Below are positions 39,329 to 49,644 of a stretch of 64,000 nt of DNA, one piece after another; the first letter of the stretch is position 1; each line of letters begins with the position of its first letter. Both the position numbers and the translations under genes were made by a program. This DNA is from Candidatus Latescibacterota bacterium (lineage in GTDB: Bacteria; Latescibacterota; CBDEFO01). The DNA lies in NCBI GenBank assembly GCA_965248755.1, contig OZ252149.1, positions 256,001 through 320,000 of the forward strand. The letters run 5' to 3'. The notes under the pieces are model-generated. The model was given only the letters and a program-made list of their open reading frames with translations. It did not search any database and had not been told where the DNA came from.

Positions 39329-40495
39329 TTATCCTAAGTGGTATTTCGCAATGCCAAACAGCCTCGCCGCGTTGCCGCCGAGAATCAGGTCTTTTTCTTC
39401 CTGCGACAGGAAATCGCAGTGCAGGCGAATGAAATCCAATGCCTGGCGGTACGTGCACCACATGGCCATGCCGTACGGACTGTCCGTTCCCCAAAGCAGT
39501 TTGTGAGCGCCTACCTGATTGCGCAATTGCTCAAGTTGTTTCTGGCCAAGCGGATACGGATAGTCCGGTGACTTGGCGGGAAACAAAACCTCCGCATAGA
39601 TGTTTGGGCGATCCAGCAATGCAATCACTTCATCGGGGATGCCGATGTCATGAATAATCGCGGCCGGGACAAGTCCATGTGTGATGACCGACTGAATATC
39701 AGGATGTCTCCGGGCCCATTCATCAAACTCAGCCACTCGCCTCATGAACATATCGACGCGATCAATCGTCCGGTCGTCGAGGTACCAGAAAATCGGAATC
39801 TCGAGTTTCCGCACGAGGCCCCACAAGGGGTCGAATTTCGGGTCGTTGAGTATGAAATGCTGCTGCAACACTGAGAAAGGCTCGACGCTGAAGTACAAAC
39901 CTTTGCTGCCGTACTCAGAGATCGCCCGTTCTACGTCCCCCAGGCGCCTGGGGTTGTCGGCCTCCGGTTCCCAAATCTGCGCCAGCCCGATGAATCGGCC
40001 AGGGTGATCTTTCATCGCCTGGCCGAAGTATTCGTTTAAATCGCCGTAGACGTGATCGGGTTGGAGGACACCCGTATCGACCCCAGCCAGATTCATCTCG
40101 GCGACCATACGCTGCGGCGGGGCTTCATTGTTAGCGAGGCTGGGCGGGTAAAGCTGCATGACGTAATCCACCCCGGCAACTGTGATTTCTGCCTGTCCAT
40201 AGTCGGTCAGACGGAAATTAACTTTCGGCATATCGTCTATCTTGTAGGACTCAAACTGCAGAAACTTTTCGGTGACGCGCGTGCCGTCGTCCTTTCGCCA
40301 GAAGTTGTTAGATTCGCGCAAGTGAATCTGCCAGAATTTCAGGAACAGCTCTGGGTCGATCCCCTTGCGCTGCGAGCCAAGCCGGGGAAAGATGTGGTAG
40401 TGCGCGTCGATGATCTTGCTTCGCTTCTGGTTCTTCGAAGCACCCTCGATCACCCAGCCCCCGCCGGTGAATACCATCTTGCCCTCTTTTGTCAT
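39329..40495 (-). CDS. Amidohydrolase family protein (Amidohydro_2 type)
   Basis: IIDAHYH, LLWGTDSP, ILGGNAARLF. Confidence 0.88.
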   Translation of the reverse strand: MTKEGKMVFTGGGWVIEGASKNQKRSKIIDAHYHIFPRLGSQRKGIDPELFLKFWQIHLRESNNFWRKDDGTRVTEKFLQFESYKIDDMPKVNFRLTDYGQAEITVAGVDYVMQLYPPSLANNEAPPQRMVAEMNLAGVDTGVLQPDHVYGDLNEYFGQAMKDHPGRFIGLAQIWEPEADNPRRLGDVERAISEYGSKGLYFSVEPFSVLQQHFILNDPKFDPLWGLVRKLEIPIFWYLDDRTIDRVDMFMRRVAEFDEWARRHPDIQSVITHGLVPAAIIHDIGIPDEVIALLDRPNIYAEVLFPAKSPDYPYPLGQKQLEQLRNQVGAHKLLWGTDSPYGMAMWCTYRQALDFIRLHCDFLSQEEKDLILGGNAARLFGIAKYHLG

Positions 40496-40671
40496 GCTAT
40501 CTCTCCGGGAACCTATCCGCATAACGCTTGGCTGGACCCTCCACACCTTCAACTATCAAAGCCTCCCGGAACTGCTTGACTTCCCCACCGAAAAGGCCCC
40601 CTATCTTTCCTGATACGTTTTGGGAGATCCTACAGACGACAATGTGTAGGGACATGGAGTGTTCTCTTGCT

Positions 40672-43197
40672 TCACCGCAACAACAATCTGAGAGGCGGCG
40701 CCCCTTCCTCCACTCTTTTGAAGAAAACGTCCTCGATGTAGCGCCTTAGCGAAGGATCGGTATCCAGAAGTGGTAGCCGTTCCCTGACCAGGGGGACGAC
40801 AGACGCGGCCTCGCTGCCCAGGGCCGAGAGGAACCTGACGGCAGCCCGCCACTCTGCGCCGCCTCTTGGACGGCTCTTCTCTCCCACAATCTCCGCCAGG
40901 GTCTTGAGCTCCGACTCGCCCCCACGAATGCAGTAGAGGGCGTAGCAGGCGTCAGCCAGGTACCTGTTTTCCGGCGTGAGATACTCCTCCAGAATCGGGA
41001 CGGCCTCAGAGGCCGCCGGCCCGATCGCCGCCAGCGTCCGGGCGGTGAGCCAGTCTCCTCCGCCTTTGGATTCCTCGTACATCTTCACGAGGACGGGAAC
41101 GGCGCTCGCAGCCCCCGGACCTATCCCCGATAGCACCCGTAAACCGAACTCCTTGTGGGTTCCCAGCAGAGCCATCGCGTCAGGCAGCGCGGGTGCACCA
41201 GCCTCACCGGAGAGGAACAGCCCGAGTGCGGCCATCTGCACGACCGAGCGGTACCCGTCTCGCAGCGCCTGCCGAAGCGGTGCGACAACAGTGCGAGCAT
41301 ACAACGACAGCTCATCCGGTAGGTAGCCCTTTACATCTTCATCCCAGCTCGGAGGACGCGTCATGCCGGTGAGGGCAAACGTTGCACCCAGACGCACGTA
41401 GGCATCGGCATGCGACAAAAGCGACGACACTCTCGGCGCCGCTGAGTACGCATCCGGGCCGATACCCTCAAGCGCTCGCAGAGCGGGGATGCGAACCTCC
41501 GGGTCATCAAGCGCAGCGACAAGCGCATCTACTGCAGGGGCTGCCTCCACCCCCATCTCAAAGAGCGCCCACGCAGCGCTTCGACGCTCGGAGGCATGGG
41601 CCCCCCCCAACCCCGCAATGCACTCTTTTACGGACCTGTCGCGGAAAGAAGCGGACTCGTCCTTGAGGTTTGTAACCGGCCACGGCTCAACGCGGCCGGT
41701 CGGCGCGCCCAGCTTCTCAATATAGTCGGACGCCGTTGCGCGGATCTCGTCGTATTCATCGAAGGTCAACGGTTTTCCCGACTCGGCCAGGTGGGGTACG
41801 AACGGGGCCAGGCGGGCCCGCAGGGCCTCGAGCCATGCGGCCGCCTCCACGGCTAGGGGGTCACCCTCGTTCGCCGCCGCGCAGTCCTCGACCATCTGGA
41901 GATAGCGATAGTCGTCAACGCCCTCGCGACGCGCTTCCCAGCCGGTGAGGGGCATCGGCTCGTCACTGCCGGGCAACCACCAGACATGGCCGTGGCGGGT
42001 TCCGTCGGTGTAGGCCCATACGACATTCCCCCCAAGCCGGTGCGCCCAGGTGTAAAGTCCCGCATAGTAACGCTGCCGAACCGGCTTGTAGTCTCCTCTC
42101 AGTATGCGATAGGAATAGGTCCAGACCTGCGCTCCGCGGCGCGCCGCCTCGGCCCGCATCTCGGGCGTGATATGTCCGTCATGAACGATCCACACATCGT
42201 GGACGTCACCGTGCGCGTACGTCGCCGTGCCAGACATGCCTGTCCCCAACCGCATGGACACGTCGCGCATAGGAAGATAATCTTCCCTCAACCCAGGCGC
42301 GGGATAGGGCGGCTCATCCCAGCCGTATACGATGAGTTCCGGCCATCCCTGCTCCAGTCGTTGCGCCTCCAGCCACGCCACCGCCGCTCTTCTCTGTCCT
42401 TCCTCAATTTCCGGGATGTTGCCCTGTAGAATGAGACACGGCACATCCGGATGGATGAGTCCCGCCTCCTTCGCCAGCCCCAGGGACTTCGGCAGGCTGC
42501 TCTTGGGTGGCGACTCGCTGAAGTCTCCCGCCCCGTAGAACGTGACCGAGTTCTGCCCGTGCACCGCCATGTCCCGATAGTCGGGCAGGGAACCCCCGCG
42601 ATAGAACATGCCGAACGCAGCGCGCGGCGTCTGCAGCACTATGGGTCGCACCCGTACGTTAAGGTCAACAACCGTCACCGGCCTGCCCGCGGGTTTGATG
42701 CGGATCTTGCCCGCGTGCGGACCCTCGGATGTCTCGCGATCCGCACGAAACGTCAGCCAGAAATTGACGCTCGTGCCCCTGGGAAGGTCGGCTACGACAT
42801 CACCCCGCTGCAGAAAGACTTCTCCGGGTATCGTGCTCAGCCACGGCATGTTCGTTTCAGCTAGTTTCTGTTTGACGCCAGGGTCGATGCGATGATAAAC
42901 TGTTACCTCGAGGTCCGATTCCACCTCGATCCGGACGTCCTTGACGCCGTCTGAGATCGCGTGTACGCCGAACTGAATAGACTCGTACTCATCCCTGGCT
43001 AAGGCGCATGAAACCTTCTTCACAACGTCGTCCGGCGTGGGCACATGCGAAGGCGGCAGGTTCTTCAGCGTGCTGTAATTAAAGACAACGTAACCCTTGT
43101 CTCGATCCAGTTTCATCCACTCCATGGGCCCACAGGCATTGAGAGCCGTTAATCCAACGGCCAGCAATGTATAGGCAACTATGCTCCGTTTTTTCAT
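40672..43197 (-). CDS. Family A copy 5: putative lipoprotein, GH123/DUF4091-like domain plus HEAT repeats
   Basis: LNA-C lipobox-like motif; GWDEP; WEARREGVDDYRYL; HEAT repeats. Confidence 0.85.
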   Translation of the reverse strand: MKKRSIVAYTLLAVGLTALNACGPMEWMKLDRDKGYVVFNYSTLKNLPPSHVPTPDDVVKKVSCALARDEYESIQFGVHAISDGVKDVRIEVESDLEVTVYHRIDPGVKQKLAETNMPWLSTIPGEVFLQRGDVVADLPRGTSVNFWLTFRADRETSEGPHAGKIRIKPAGRPVTVVDLNVRVRPIVLQTPRAAFGMFYRGGSLPDYRDMAVHGQNSVTFYGAGDFSESPPKSSLPKSLGLAKEAGLIHPDVPCLILQGNIPEIEEGQRRAAVAWLEAQRLEQGWPELIVYGWDEPPYPAPGLREDYLPMRDVSMRLGTGMSGTATYAHGDVHDVWIVHDGHITPEMRAEAARRGAQVWTYSYRILRGDYKPVRQRYYAGLYTWAHRLGGNVVWAYTDGTRHGHVWWLPGSDEPMPLTGWEARREGVDDYRYLQMVEDCAAANEGDPLAVEAAAWLEALRARLAPFVPHLAESGKPLTFDEYDEIRATASDYIEKLGAPTGRVEPWPVTNLKDESASFRDRSVKECIAGLGGAHASERRSAAWALFEMGVEAAPAVDALVAALDDPEVRIPALRALEGIGPDAYSAAPRVSSLLSHADAYVRLGATFALTGMTRPPSWDEDVKGYLPDELSLYARTVVAPLRQALRDGYRSVVQMAALGLFLSGEAGAPALPDAMALLGTHKEFGLRVLSGIGPGAASAVPVLVKMYEESKGGGDWLTARTLAAIGPAASEAVPILEEYLTPENRYLADACYALYCIRGGESELKTLAEIVGEKSRPRGGAEWRAAVRFLSALGSEAASVVPLVRERLPLLDTDPSLRRYIEDVFFKRVEEGAPPLRLLLR

Positions 43198-43533
43198 GTT
43201 CCATCTCCCTCCAGCGAGTTAAGATCTGATCTGTTCAAACACTGCGGTCAGAGAATTGGCTTTTCTACATGAGGTTCCTTTATTGCAACATCCACCTGTG
43301 GATTCGTCTTGGTAGCAGGAACATGGGCTCACCTCCAAAATAAGTACTATGAGTTAGCTGCCGGTCGCAGGTGGTAGAGCCGTGCTTGAAAGTCACGGAT
43401 GAGCTTGACGTCGAACTCCCGTCGTCCGACGGCCAGGCGGGCAACTACTTGGTTAGTAAAGAGGTAAATTACCTGCAGCTTCGCTGATCCGGGAACGGTC
43501 AATTTGGCCTCGACGCTACTCGTCACCGTCCAA

Positions 43534-45258
43534 CTATCTGTTCTTCAAGGCCACCGGCTGACGTTCGAGCTGCGACAGGGCAACCGTCGTTTTCAACGTC
43601 TCGTACTGATCGCTGTACCGCTTGTAGATTCGCAGCGTTACCTGCTCCGGCACCGGCGCTTTGATCGCCCAGTGATAATACCCGTCCGGGTCAGTGTGGC
43701 AATGCCAGCGATTCAACACAACGCAGACACCACCGATTGGTTTGCCGCGCTCATCGACGACCTGTCCGCGCACAAGTCGGCCCTGCTTGAGGGTAAAGTC
43801 CTGCGGCTCGGCCTGCGGCCTGACTCTAACGTGTCGATGCTGAGGCGCGTAGCCCTCCACCTCCACCGTTAAAACACACTCACCCAATTCAACATCGGTG
43901 AATCGGAACCGCCCGTCCCCCTCCGACTTGGCGGTTGGATATCCATTGACGCTCTGTATCGATCGATACGAAAGGTGAGGATTGTCAATGAGCCTAGGCG
44001 CAGCCTTCCAGAGATCCAGCTCGGTCTCTTTGTCCTCTGCCCAGTCGTCAGCTACGTAACGATTCGGACCTCGCTCCACTGTAGCACCAGCAATCGGCGC
44101 GCCCCCTTCATCAACGACCTGGCCGGCCAATGTGATCCTCGTCGGTGAGATCCTCACCCGTTCAACGGTCACCGGGAACACCTGCGCTCCCCCTTCGGTC
44201 CCACCGATCGCCAGCAGCTTATTCGGGCCAACCTTGATGCCGTCCACCTGACCGGTGACAACCGGTTCGGGCGCATGCGAAAAGCTGATGCGATCGCGCC
44301 AGGTGCGTCCGTAGTCCGTGCTGAACGCTACGTGGAAACCCGGCCGGCCATATACACACGCCAGAACGCCGTTATCCAGCATCTGAACGGTTGGCCAGAT
44401 CGTCATCAGATGCGGATTGGTTGGCCGCGGCTTCGTCCACGTCTTTCCCAGATCATCCGACCAACTGACGGACATAGGCCGATACTCGCTCGGGAGGTGC
44501 GAGTATTGCGTCCGCATGACGCAGATCATCTGCCCATTGGACATCAATTCGATGCTCGACTCACACGGGCCGTTGTACTGGCCCGGCCACTCGGGGTTCG
44601 GATCAACGCGTCCGTCGGCCACAGTCGCGTAATAACGCCACGTGTGGCCGCGATCACTCGAGACGGATAGAACGACGCGACTGCGGGTGTCCCCCTTAAA
44701 CAGTCCGTACATCGGCGCTAACAGATCCCCGTTGGGAAGCTGTAGAATCTTGCCCTTATCGAAGATCGGCCAGGTGGAAACTCCGAGATGCGCCTGTTTG
44801 GTCGTCACCGCGTCGGGCATGTAGACCTGGACCGCTTTGGCTTCGAATTGTGTAAAGTCGTCGTTGAACCAGGCAAAAGTAGAATGGAGCGTAAACCAGC
44901 CATCCTTGTACTCGCCCTCCATAGGCGATTTGTGGAACTCGGCCTCGCCCTTAAACGAGGAATCACTGGTGAGGAATCTGAGTACGCCGCCGTCGCGTAG
45001 CGCCACGCTACTGGCGCCGCCGGCGAGTTGATGTGGCGATTCCATTTCCTCTCCCCACGTTTCACCGCCATCGGTCGACGTTCTGTAGAACCTCGGCCCC
45101 GTTTCCGGCTTTGGATAGAACGCTGCCGCTACGCCTCTCCGTGACACCGACATGCTGGCGCTATTCAAATAGGTCAGATCGCTTAATTGGGTCGGCTTAC
45201 CGACTGTGACATTCAGGATCTCAACCTCCTCCACAGCGGATTTCGCGTTCTTGATCAT
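43534..45258 (-). CDS. Family B copy 1: Asp-box (BNR/sialidase-like) propeller plus two carboxypeptidase-regulatory-like domains; no signal peptide
   Basis: STDGGETW, SSDRGHTW, SDDLGKTW, STDYGRTW; GQVVDEGGAPIAGATV and GQVVDERGKPIGGVCV. Confidence 0.82.
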   Translation of the reverse strand: MIKNAKSAVEEVEILNVTVGKPTQLSDLTYLNSASMSVSRRGVAAAFYPKPETGPRFYRTSTDGGETWGEEMESPHQLAGGASSVALRDGGVLRFLTSDSSFKGEAEFHKSPMEGEYKDGWFTLHSTFAWFNDDFTQFEAKAVQVYMPDAVTTKQAHLGVSTWPIFDKGKILQLPNGDLLAPMYGLFKGDTRSRVVLSVSSDRGHTWRYYATVADGRVDPNPEWPGQYNGPCESSIELMSNGQMICVMRTQYSHLPSEYRPMSVSWSDDLGKTWTKPRPTNPHLMTIWPTVQMLDNGVLACVYGRPGFHVAFSTDYGRTWRDRISFSHAPEPVVTGQVDGIKVGPNKLLAIGGTEGGAQVFPVTVERVRISPTRITLAGQVVDEGGAPIAGATVERGPNRYVADDWAEDKETELDLWKAAPRLIDNPHLSYRSIQSVNGYPTAKSEGDGRFRFTDVELGECVLTVEVEGYAPQHRHVRVRPQAEPQDFTLKQGRLVRGQVVDERGKPIGGVCVVLNRWHCHTDPDGYYHWAIKAPVPEQVTLRIYKRYSDQYETLKTTVALSQLERQPVALKNR

Positions 45259-45346
45259 TCTTCCATTTCCTCGTCTTTATGGAATCTCATCGGCAAAGCT
45301 CAGCGGCGCAGCTTCTTCGCGTCCCCTGGAGCGTCTGTTTAAGTGT

Positions 45347-46216
45347 TTATGTGCCTGACTCACCGCGCCTGAGGAATCGCAATCCCACCTCTGCTGCCAG
45401 ATCATGAAGACGTGAGAAGTTCAGCACGTAGTCGCTTTCTTCGGACATGTGCTCGCAGAAACAAGGCGTGTCCGACGGTAGCTGGCTGAGGTGCTTGAGA
45501 TAGGTGGCATAGTCCATCACGCCGTCCCCAATGTGGACTTCATCCCACTTCAGGAACATATGGCGATGGTCGCAGCGGATGTCCTTCAGGTGGACGCTGG
45601 CCACAGTGTTGGCGAGGAGGTCGAACGTTCGGTCGATGAGCTCGGTCGTCTTGTAGAAGTACTTCTGGCTCACTAGGTTCATCTGGTCCAAGTGCAGGCC
45701 GAAGGCGGGATGGTCAACGCTATCGATGAAGGAGCGGATGTCTTCCGGCTGGTAGAAGAACGTGTTGTGCCACGGCTCGATGACGTACCTGGTGGCCTGC
45801 AAGTCCAGCCCGTCCAGGATGCGGAGCACGATGTCCCGGAACTCCCGCCTGCAGTCGTCCGTGTACATGTACGGGTGTGGAGCCAGTACTGCATCCGAGG
45901 GATCCTTGGTGCCCACCAGCGTGACCACGCACCCACATCGCATCACCTCCGCTTTGCGCAGCAGGGTACGCACAGTCTCGATCCGTTCGCGGCGCGCTTC
46001 CGCGTCATCGGTCATCAGGTTCTGCAACATATCTGCCTCACCCACCACCATTCCGAGGTCACGCGCCTTCGAGCCGAACCTGGCGCAGGCCTCATCGGTC
46101 ATTCCGGCCAGATTCTCCGGCGCTGGGATTGCTGACAAACCGTGCGCGTCCAGCTTCTCACAGAGCCCATAAAGTTCATCCACTGCCTGTGCCGAAAAGT
46201 AGCCTCCCAGTCTCAT
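45347..46216 (-). CDS. Sugar phosphate isomerase/epimerase (xylose-isomerase-like TIM barrel)
   Basis: IEP, LHLDQMN, VHLKD, IGDGVMDY, CEH metal-binding motifs. Confidence 0.88.
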   Translation of the reverse strand: MRLGGYFSAQAVDELYGLCEKLDAHGLSAIPAPENLAGMTDEACARFGSKARDLGMVVGEADMLQNLMTDDAEARRERIETVRTLLRKAEVMRCGCVVTLVGTKDPSDAVLAPHPYMYTDDCRREFRDIVLRILDGLDLQATRYVIEPWHNTFFYQPEDIRSFIDSVDHPAFGLHLDQMNLVSQKYFYKTTELIDRTFDLLANTVASVHLKDIRCDHRHMFLKWDEVHIGDGVMDYATYLKHLSQLPSDTPCFCEHMSEESDYVLNFSRLHDLAAEVGLRFLRRGESGT

Positions 46217-47295
46217 GGTTCTCCTCCTTTGCTCCTACAAGCGCCGACAACGTCGCCCGGCAGGTCCAGATCAACCACCCGCCTCTCCAGCAGACTCATC
46301 ACCAGGGCCTCGATAGTGAATATGTTGAGCACAGACTGATCCAGGGGCAGCACCGGTTCCGCCTCGCAGCGGATCACTGCGGCGAAGTTCTCTAACTGAT
46401 GCTGATAGGCATTGGCCTGCTTGACGAAATGTTCCGCGTGACGGTAGTCGGCCCAGCCCAAGCTGCGCTGGTCCACGATCTTAATCTCGCCCGGAATAGT
46501 CCAACTGATCGGGAGTACGAGCCGGCCGTGCGTGCAGACGATCTCCAGTCGCTGGCTGTGGTCTGCTTTCTTGCTGCTCTCCACCACACCGACGCACCCG
46601 TTCCCATATTCCACGAACCCGTGCATACGGTTGATCGTGTCGTAGTGAGGGCTCACGTCCCCCAGGCAGTAGACGCGAGTCGGAATATCACCGGCGAAAC
46701 GGCCACAGGCGTTCACGCAGTAGCACGCGAAGTCGTAGGGGACTCCTCCCCCGCACTCTTTCCGTTGCCGCCAGTTGCGTGTCGTGTCGTCAGCCGGCGC
46801 CGTTTCGGAATCCAAGTCGCTGAAGTCGGCCCGGACACTGTCGACAGCCCCGAGTTCGCCGGACGCAACGAGCCTCTCCATGGCAACTACGGCGGGATGG
46901 TGAAGATACATGAAGCCTTCCGTGACGAAGGCATTGTGTTCGCGTACCAGGTCGCGAATCTCGATTGCCTCGCGGCCCGTGAGTGTGAGAGCTTTTTCGC
47001 AAAGGATACTCCGAACCCCACACCGCAGGCAACTCTCGATCTGTTCCCGGTGCTGATTGGGCCAGGTCGCCAACAGGATGCCGTCCAGATCTTCCCTCTG
47101 GATCATCTCGACATAGTCGGTGTAATAGCCGTCGCAACCGTACTGCTTGGCCCAGGCTTCCGCGGTTTCCTGTCGGATATCACAACAGCTGACTATCCGG
47201 ATTTGATCCGGGATGGCGCTTGCCGCACGAGCGTGCACGTGCGAAATGACGCCGCAACCGACGATTCCCAACCTGAGTGGAACGCTGCTGCTCAT
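46213..47295 (-). CDS. Gfo/Idh/MocA oxidoreductase
   Basis: GIVGCGVIS, LCEKAL, GGGVPYDFACY; 4-bp overlap with the isomerase gene. Confidence 0.93.
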   Translation of the reverse strand: MSSSVPLRLGIVGCGVISHVHARAASAIPDQIRIVSCCDIRQETAEAWAKQYGCDGYYTDYVEMIQREDLDGILLATWPNQHREQIESCLRCGVRSILCEKALTLTGREAIEIRDLVREHNAFVTEGFMYLHHPAVVAMERLVASGELGAVDSVRADFSDLDSETAPADDTTRNWRQRKECGGGVPYDFACYCVNACGRFAGDIPTRVYCLGDVSPHYDTINRMHGFVEYGNGCVGVVESSKKADHSQRLEIVCTHGRLVLPISWTIPGEIKIVDQRSLGWADYRHAEHFVKQANAYQHQLENFAAVIRCEAEPVLPLDQSVLNIFTIEALVMSLLERRVVDLDLPGDVVGACRSKGGEP

Positions 47296-47425
47296 TTCCT
47301 CATCCTCTGTGCACCCAATGATAGGTTGAGTCGCTGCGGGACTCCCGCCTCAGTATGAGATTTCTGCACGAAGGTAAGGAGCATCATCGCCTTGCCGCCT
47401 CGCAACCAGCGCGTATGCATCAAAC

Positions 47426-48910
47426 CTATCGCACCGAGATCTCTACCCACGTGATCTGGATATCGTGCTTGGCGCTCACCTCGATCAGATTGTAGCCGTC
47501 GCTCAGGGCCTCCGGGGATACGTCATAGACTTGTCGGCGCGGCTCAGGCTCTTTCCAACCTGACGCTTTAACGTGTTCGGCTTCGACAAGTCCCGACCAT
47601 GGACAGGGCATGCCGTTCAGACACACCTCCAGCGGCTCAAGCAGAGGCTGATCTAGGTCCGGCACGACGAGTTCGACCCGGGCGCTCTGCTCCGGCAGCG
47701 GCTTCGGGCCGATGTGAAGACGGAAGACACCGTGCGTACCGGTGTAAGGCAGCGACCTGTCTTCGCCCGGCTCACCCTCCGCCCAGGGACTCGTGATGGT
47801 GATCGCATGCCGTCGCAGCCCGCCGCGAAGCGCGGCATAGGACCCGGCGTCCCTTAGTAGCCGGTCATGGTCCACGCGCGGCCAGCGCTGAAACGGTCCC
47901 GTAAAGAGATTGAAGAAGTATACCGCGTCGGCCCCGCGGTCCAGCCCGCTCACTATCACCCCGCGCATCTCCTCGTGCATCACGGTGCGATTTGCAGTCC
48001 CCGGATGCATCCCGCTCTCTAAACCTACTGCGACAGGCACATTCGTGCCGATGAGCAACCCTTTCCACGTCTCGATCGGCACGTCACTGTCAATAGAGGG
48101 CCAGAAGGGCGAGGCGATAATCAGGTCAACCAGTCCCGCCTTGGCCCACGAGATCGCATCTAGTCCGTGCCTGCGGGCGATCCATGGAGTTGTCGGTACG
48201 CGCACGGAGAGTTCGACAGGATGCCCCAATCGCTTCGCGGCTTCTTCTGTCGCCTGCCGCGCCTGCTCCACAAAAGCCGTCATCAGCTTCGCGCCTACGT
48301 GCTCACGTCCGGAGCGAAAGTACAGCCAGAAGCGCAGAAAATCCAGTTCCAGACCGTCCAGGTCGTAGCGAGAGCACACCTCCCTGACGAGCTTCATGTA
48401 GTGCTCACGCACCTCGGGCTGTTCGTAGTCCAGGCCATATGCAAGGCGCCATTCCGGATGCGACTTCCAGATTGTGCTGTGGGCCGGGTGGTCCGGCAGG
48501 TGGGGATTGTGGTCGTCGTTCATCCGCAGCGAGATCCACGCCTTTACTTGGTTTCGCCTCGCACGATCGATCATCCGCTTCGGGTAGTCGCATCCCTGCT
48601 CGTGAAGCGCCAGCACGTTCTTGAACAACTGTGTCTCGAACCTCCGATTCGGATCGATCCCTGAGAAAAACGGCTGGTCGTCACCGGCGCTCGGGTCGTA
48701 TCCGTCCCAATCTGATTCCCACACATCGCTCCGGTAGTTAGTGCGCTTTGCGTTCACGTTGACAAAGAGGTCCGTGACTCCAAGAGCGGCGTGAGTGTCC
48801 ACGAACTTATCGATCGTCTCAGGGACAATGGGGCCAAACGTCCCCACGAAGAACTCACTGCAGTCCAGGTTGTAGATCACCCTCCCACGCGCAGCATTGA
48901 CATCATTCAT
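47426..48910 (-). CDS. Putative glycoside hydrolase-like TIM barrel (GHL10-like)
   Basis: WISLRMNDDH, LDYEQPEVREH, YDLDGLELDFLR. Confidence 0.7.
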   Translation of the reverse strand: MNDVNAARGRVIYNLDCSEFFVGTFGPIVPETIDKFVDTHAALGVTDLFVNVNAKRTNYRSDVWESDWDGYDPSAGDDQPFFSGIDPNRRFETQLFKNVLALHEQGCDYPKRMIDRARRNQVKAWISLRMNDDHNPHLPDHPAHSTIWKSHPEWRLAYGLDYEQPEVREHYMKLVREVCSRYDLDGLELDFLRFWLYFRSGREHVGAKLMTAFVEQARQATEEAAKRLGHPVELSVRVPTTPWIARRHGLDAISWAKAGLVDLIIASPFWPSIDSDVPIETWKGLLIGTNVPVAVGLESGMHPGTANRTVMHEEMRGVIVSGLDRGADAVYFFNLFTGPFQRWPRVDHDRLLRDAGSYAALRGGLRRHAITITSPWAEGEPGEDRSLPYTGTHGVFRLHIGPKPLPEQSARVELVVPDLDQPLLEPLEVCLNGMPCPWSGLVEAEHVKASGWKEPEPRRQVYDVSPEALSDGYNLIEVSAKHDIQITWVEISVR

Positions 48911-49008
48911 CCTGGCTTCTCCTCTCGTATCAATCGACACATGACCAGCTGTTTCTCCTGTGCCGATTCATCACTCCTGTGTTAACGTGAAACGTCACTT
49001 TCTCCGAA

Positions 49009-49190
49009 GCCCAACTACGATTATACAGTCCCCTTAAACTTGCCTAAGAACTAGACTCTTTTCTTCTTATAAACCAGACACCTCGCGAGCCTCTGGTCGT
49101 TCGGGAGTCTAAATACTTATATTTTCATATCCTATCCTCTTGGCCATCTCGGTGCGCCTGGTTTATAGAGTCTTTATAAGCCGATCCATA
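49009..49190 (-). other. Second attI-like region
   Basis: Follows an IntI 3' end; ends GTTCTTAG...ACTGTATAATCGTA-GTTGGGC (a GTTRRRY core). Confidence 0.5.
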
Positions 49191-49194
49191 TCCC

Positions 49195-49283
49195 TTAAAT
49201 AGGGCTGCGCACACCGTGGCCGCTTCTATTGCGCGATGGGTGTAAATCCTGGTCGTGCTGACATACTCGTGGCCCAGCAACTC
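49195..49283 (-). pseudogene. intI: Second integron integrase C-terminal remnant
   Basis: ELLGHEYVSTTRIYTH, frameshift, RNRSGHGVRSPI*. Confidence 0.75.
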
Positions 49284-49644
49284 ATCTTGTCAAAGTCCGA
49301 ACTCAGACGATAGAAATCGTCACCGTACCCTCCAAAATAATATCCGAGCATCGAGAAGTCAACCTAAGAATCCACAACACCAGTGCTGTTTAGTCTTCTC
49401 AAAGGCATCCGTCGAGTAGAAGCACAGCAACACAACAAGATGCAGCAGGACTCGCTCACCCCTAGACTGAAAACTGGATGACCTTGGTAACCCCAATTCC
49501 CATTGACATCCACTATCTCAACTCTAGACCTCCTGGTCGCTTTGAAAGCGACTGCCTAGGCACAGATCCTCTCCGAATGAGGAACATTCGGTTTCAGTTT
49601 CACCCCGGTGCACACAATACTCGGCCTGGAATACCTACTCGCCA

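Noticed and set aside
49290..49410. Dockerin/EF-hand-like remnant (LNSTGVVDS*VDFSMLGYYFG..SDFD, minus strand)
   Set aside because: Short, interrupted and too weak to call without an HMM
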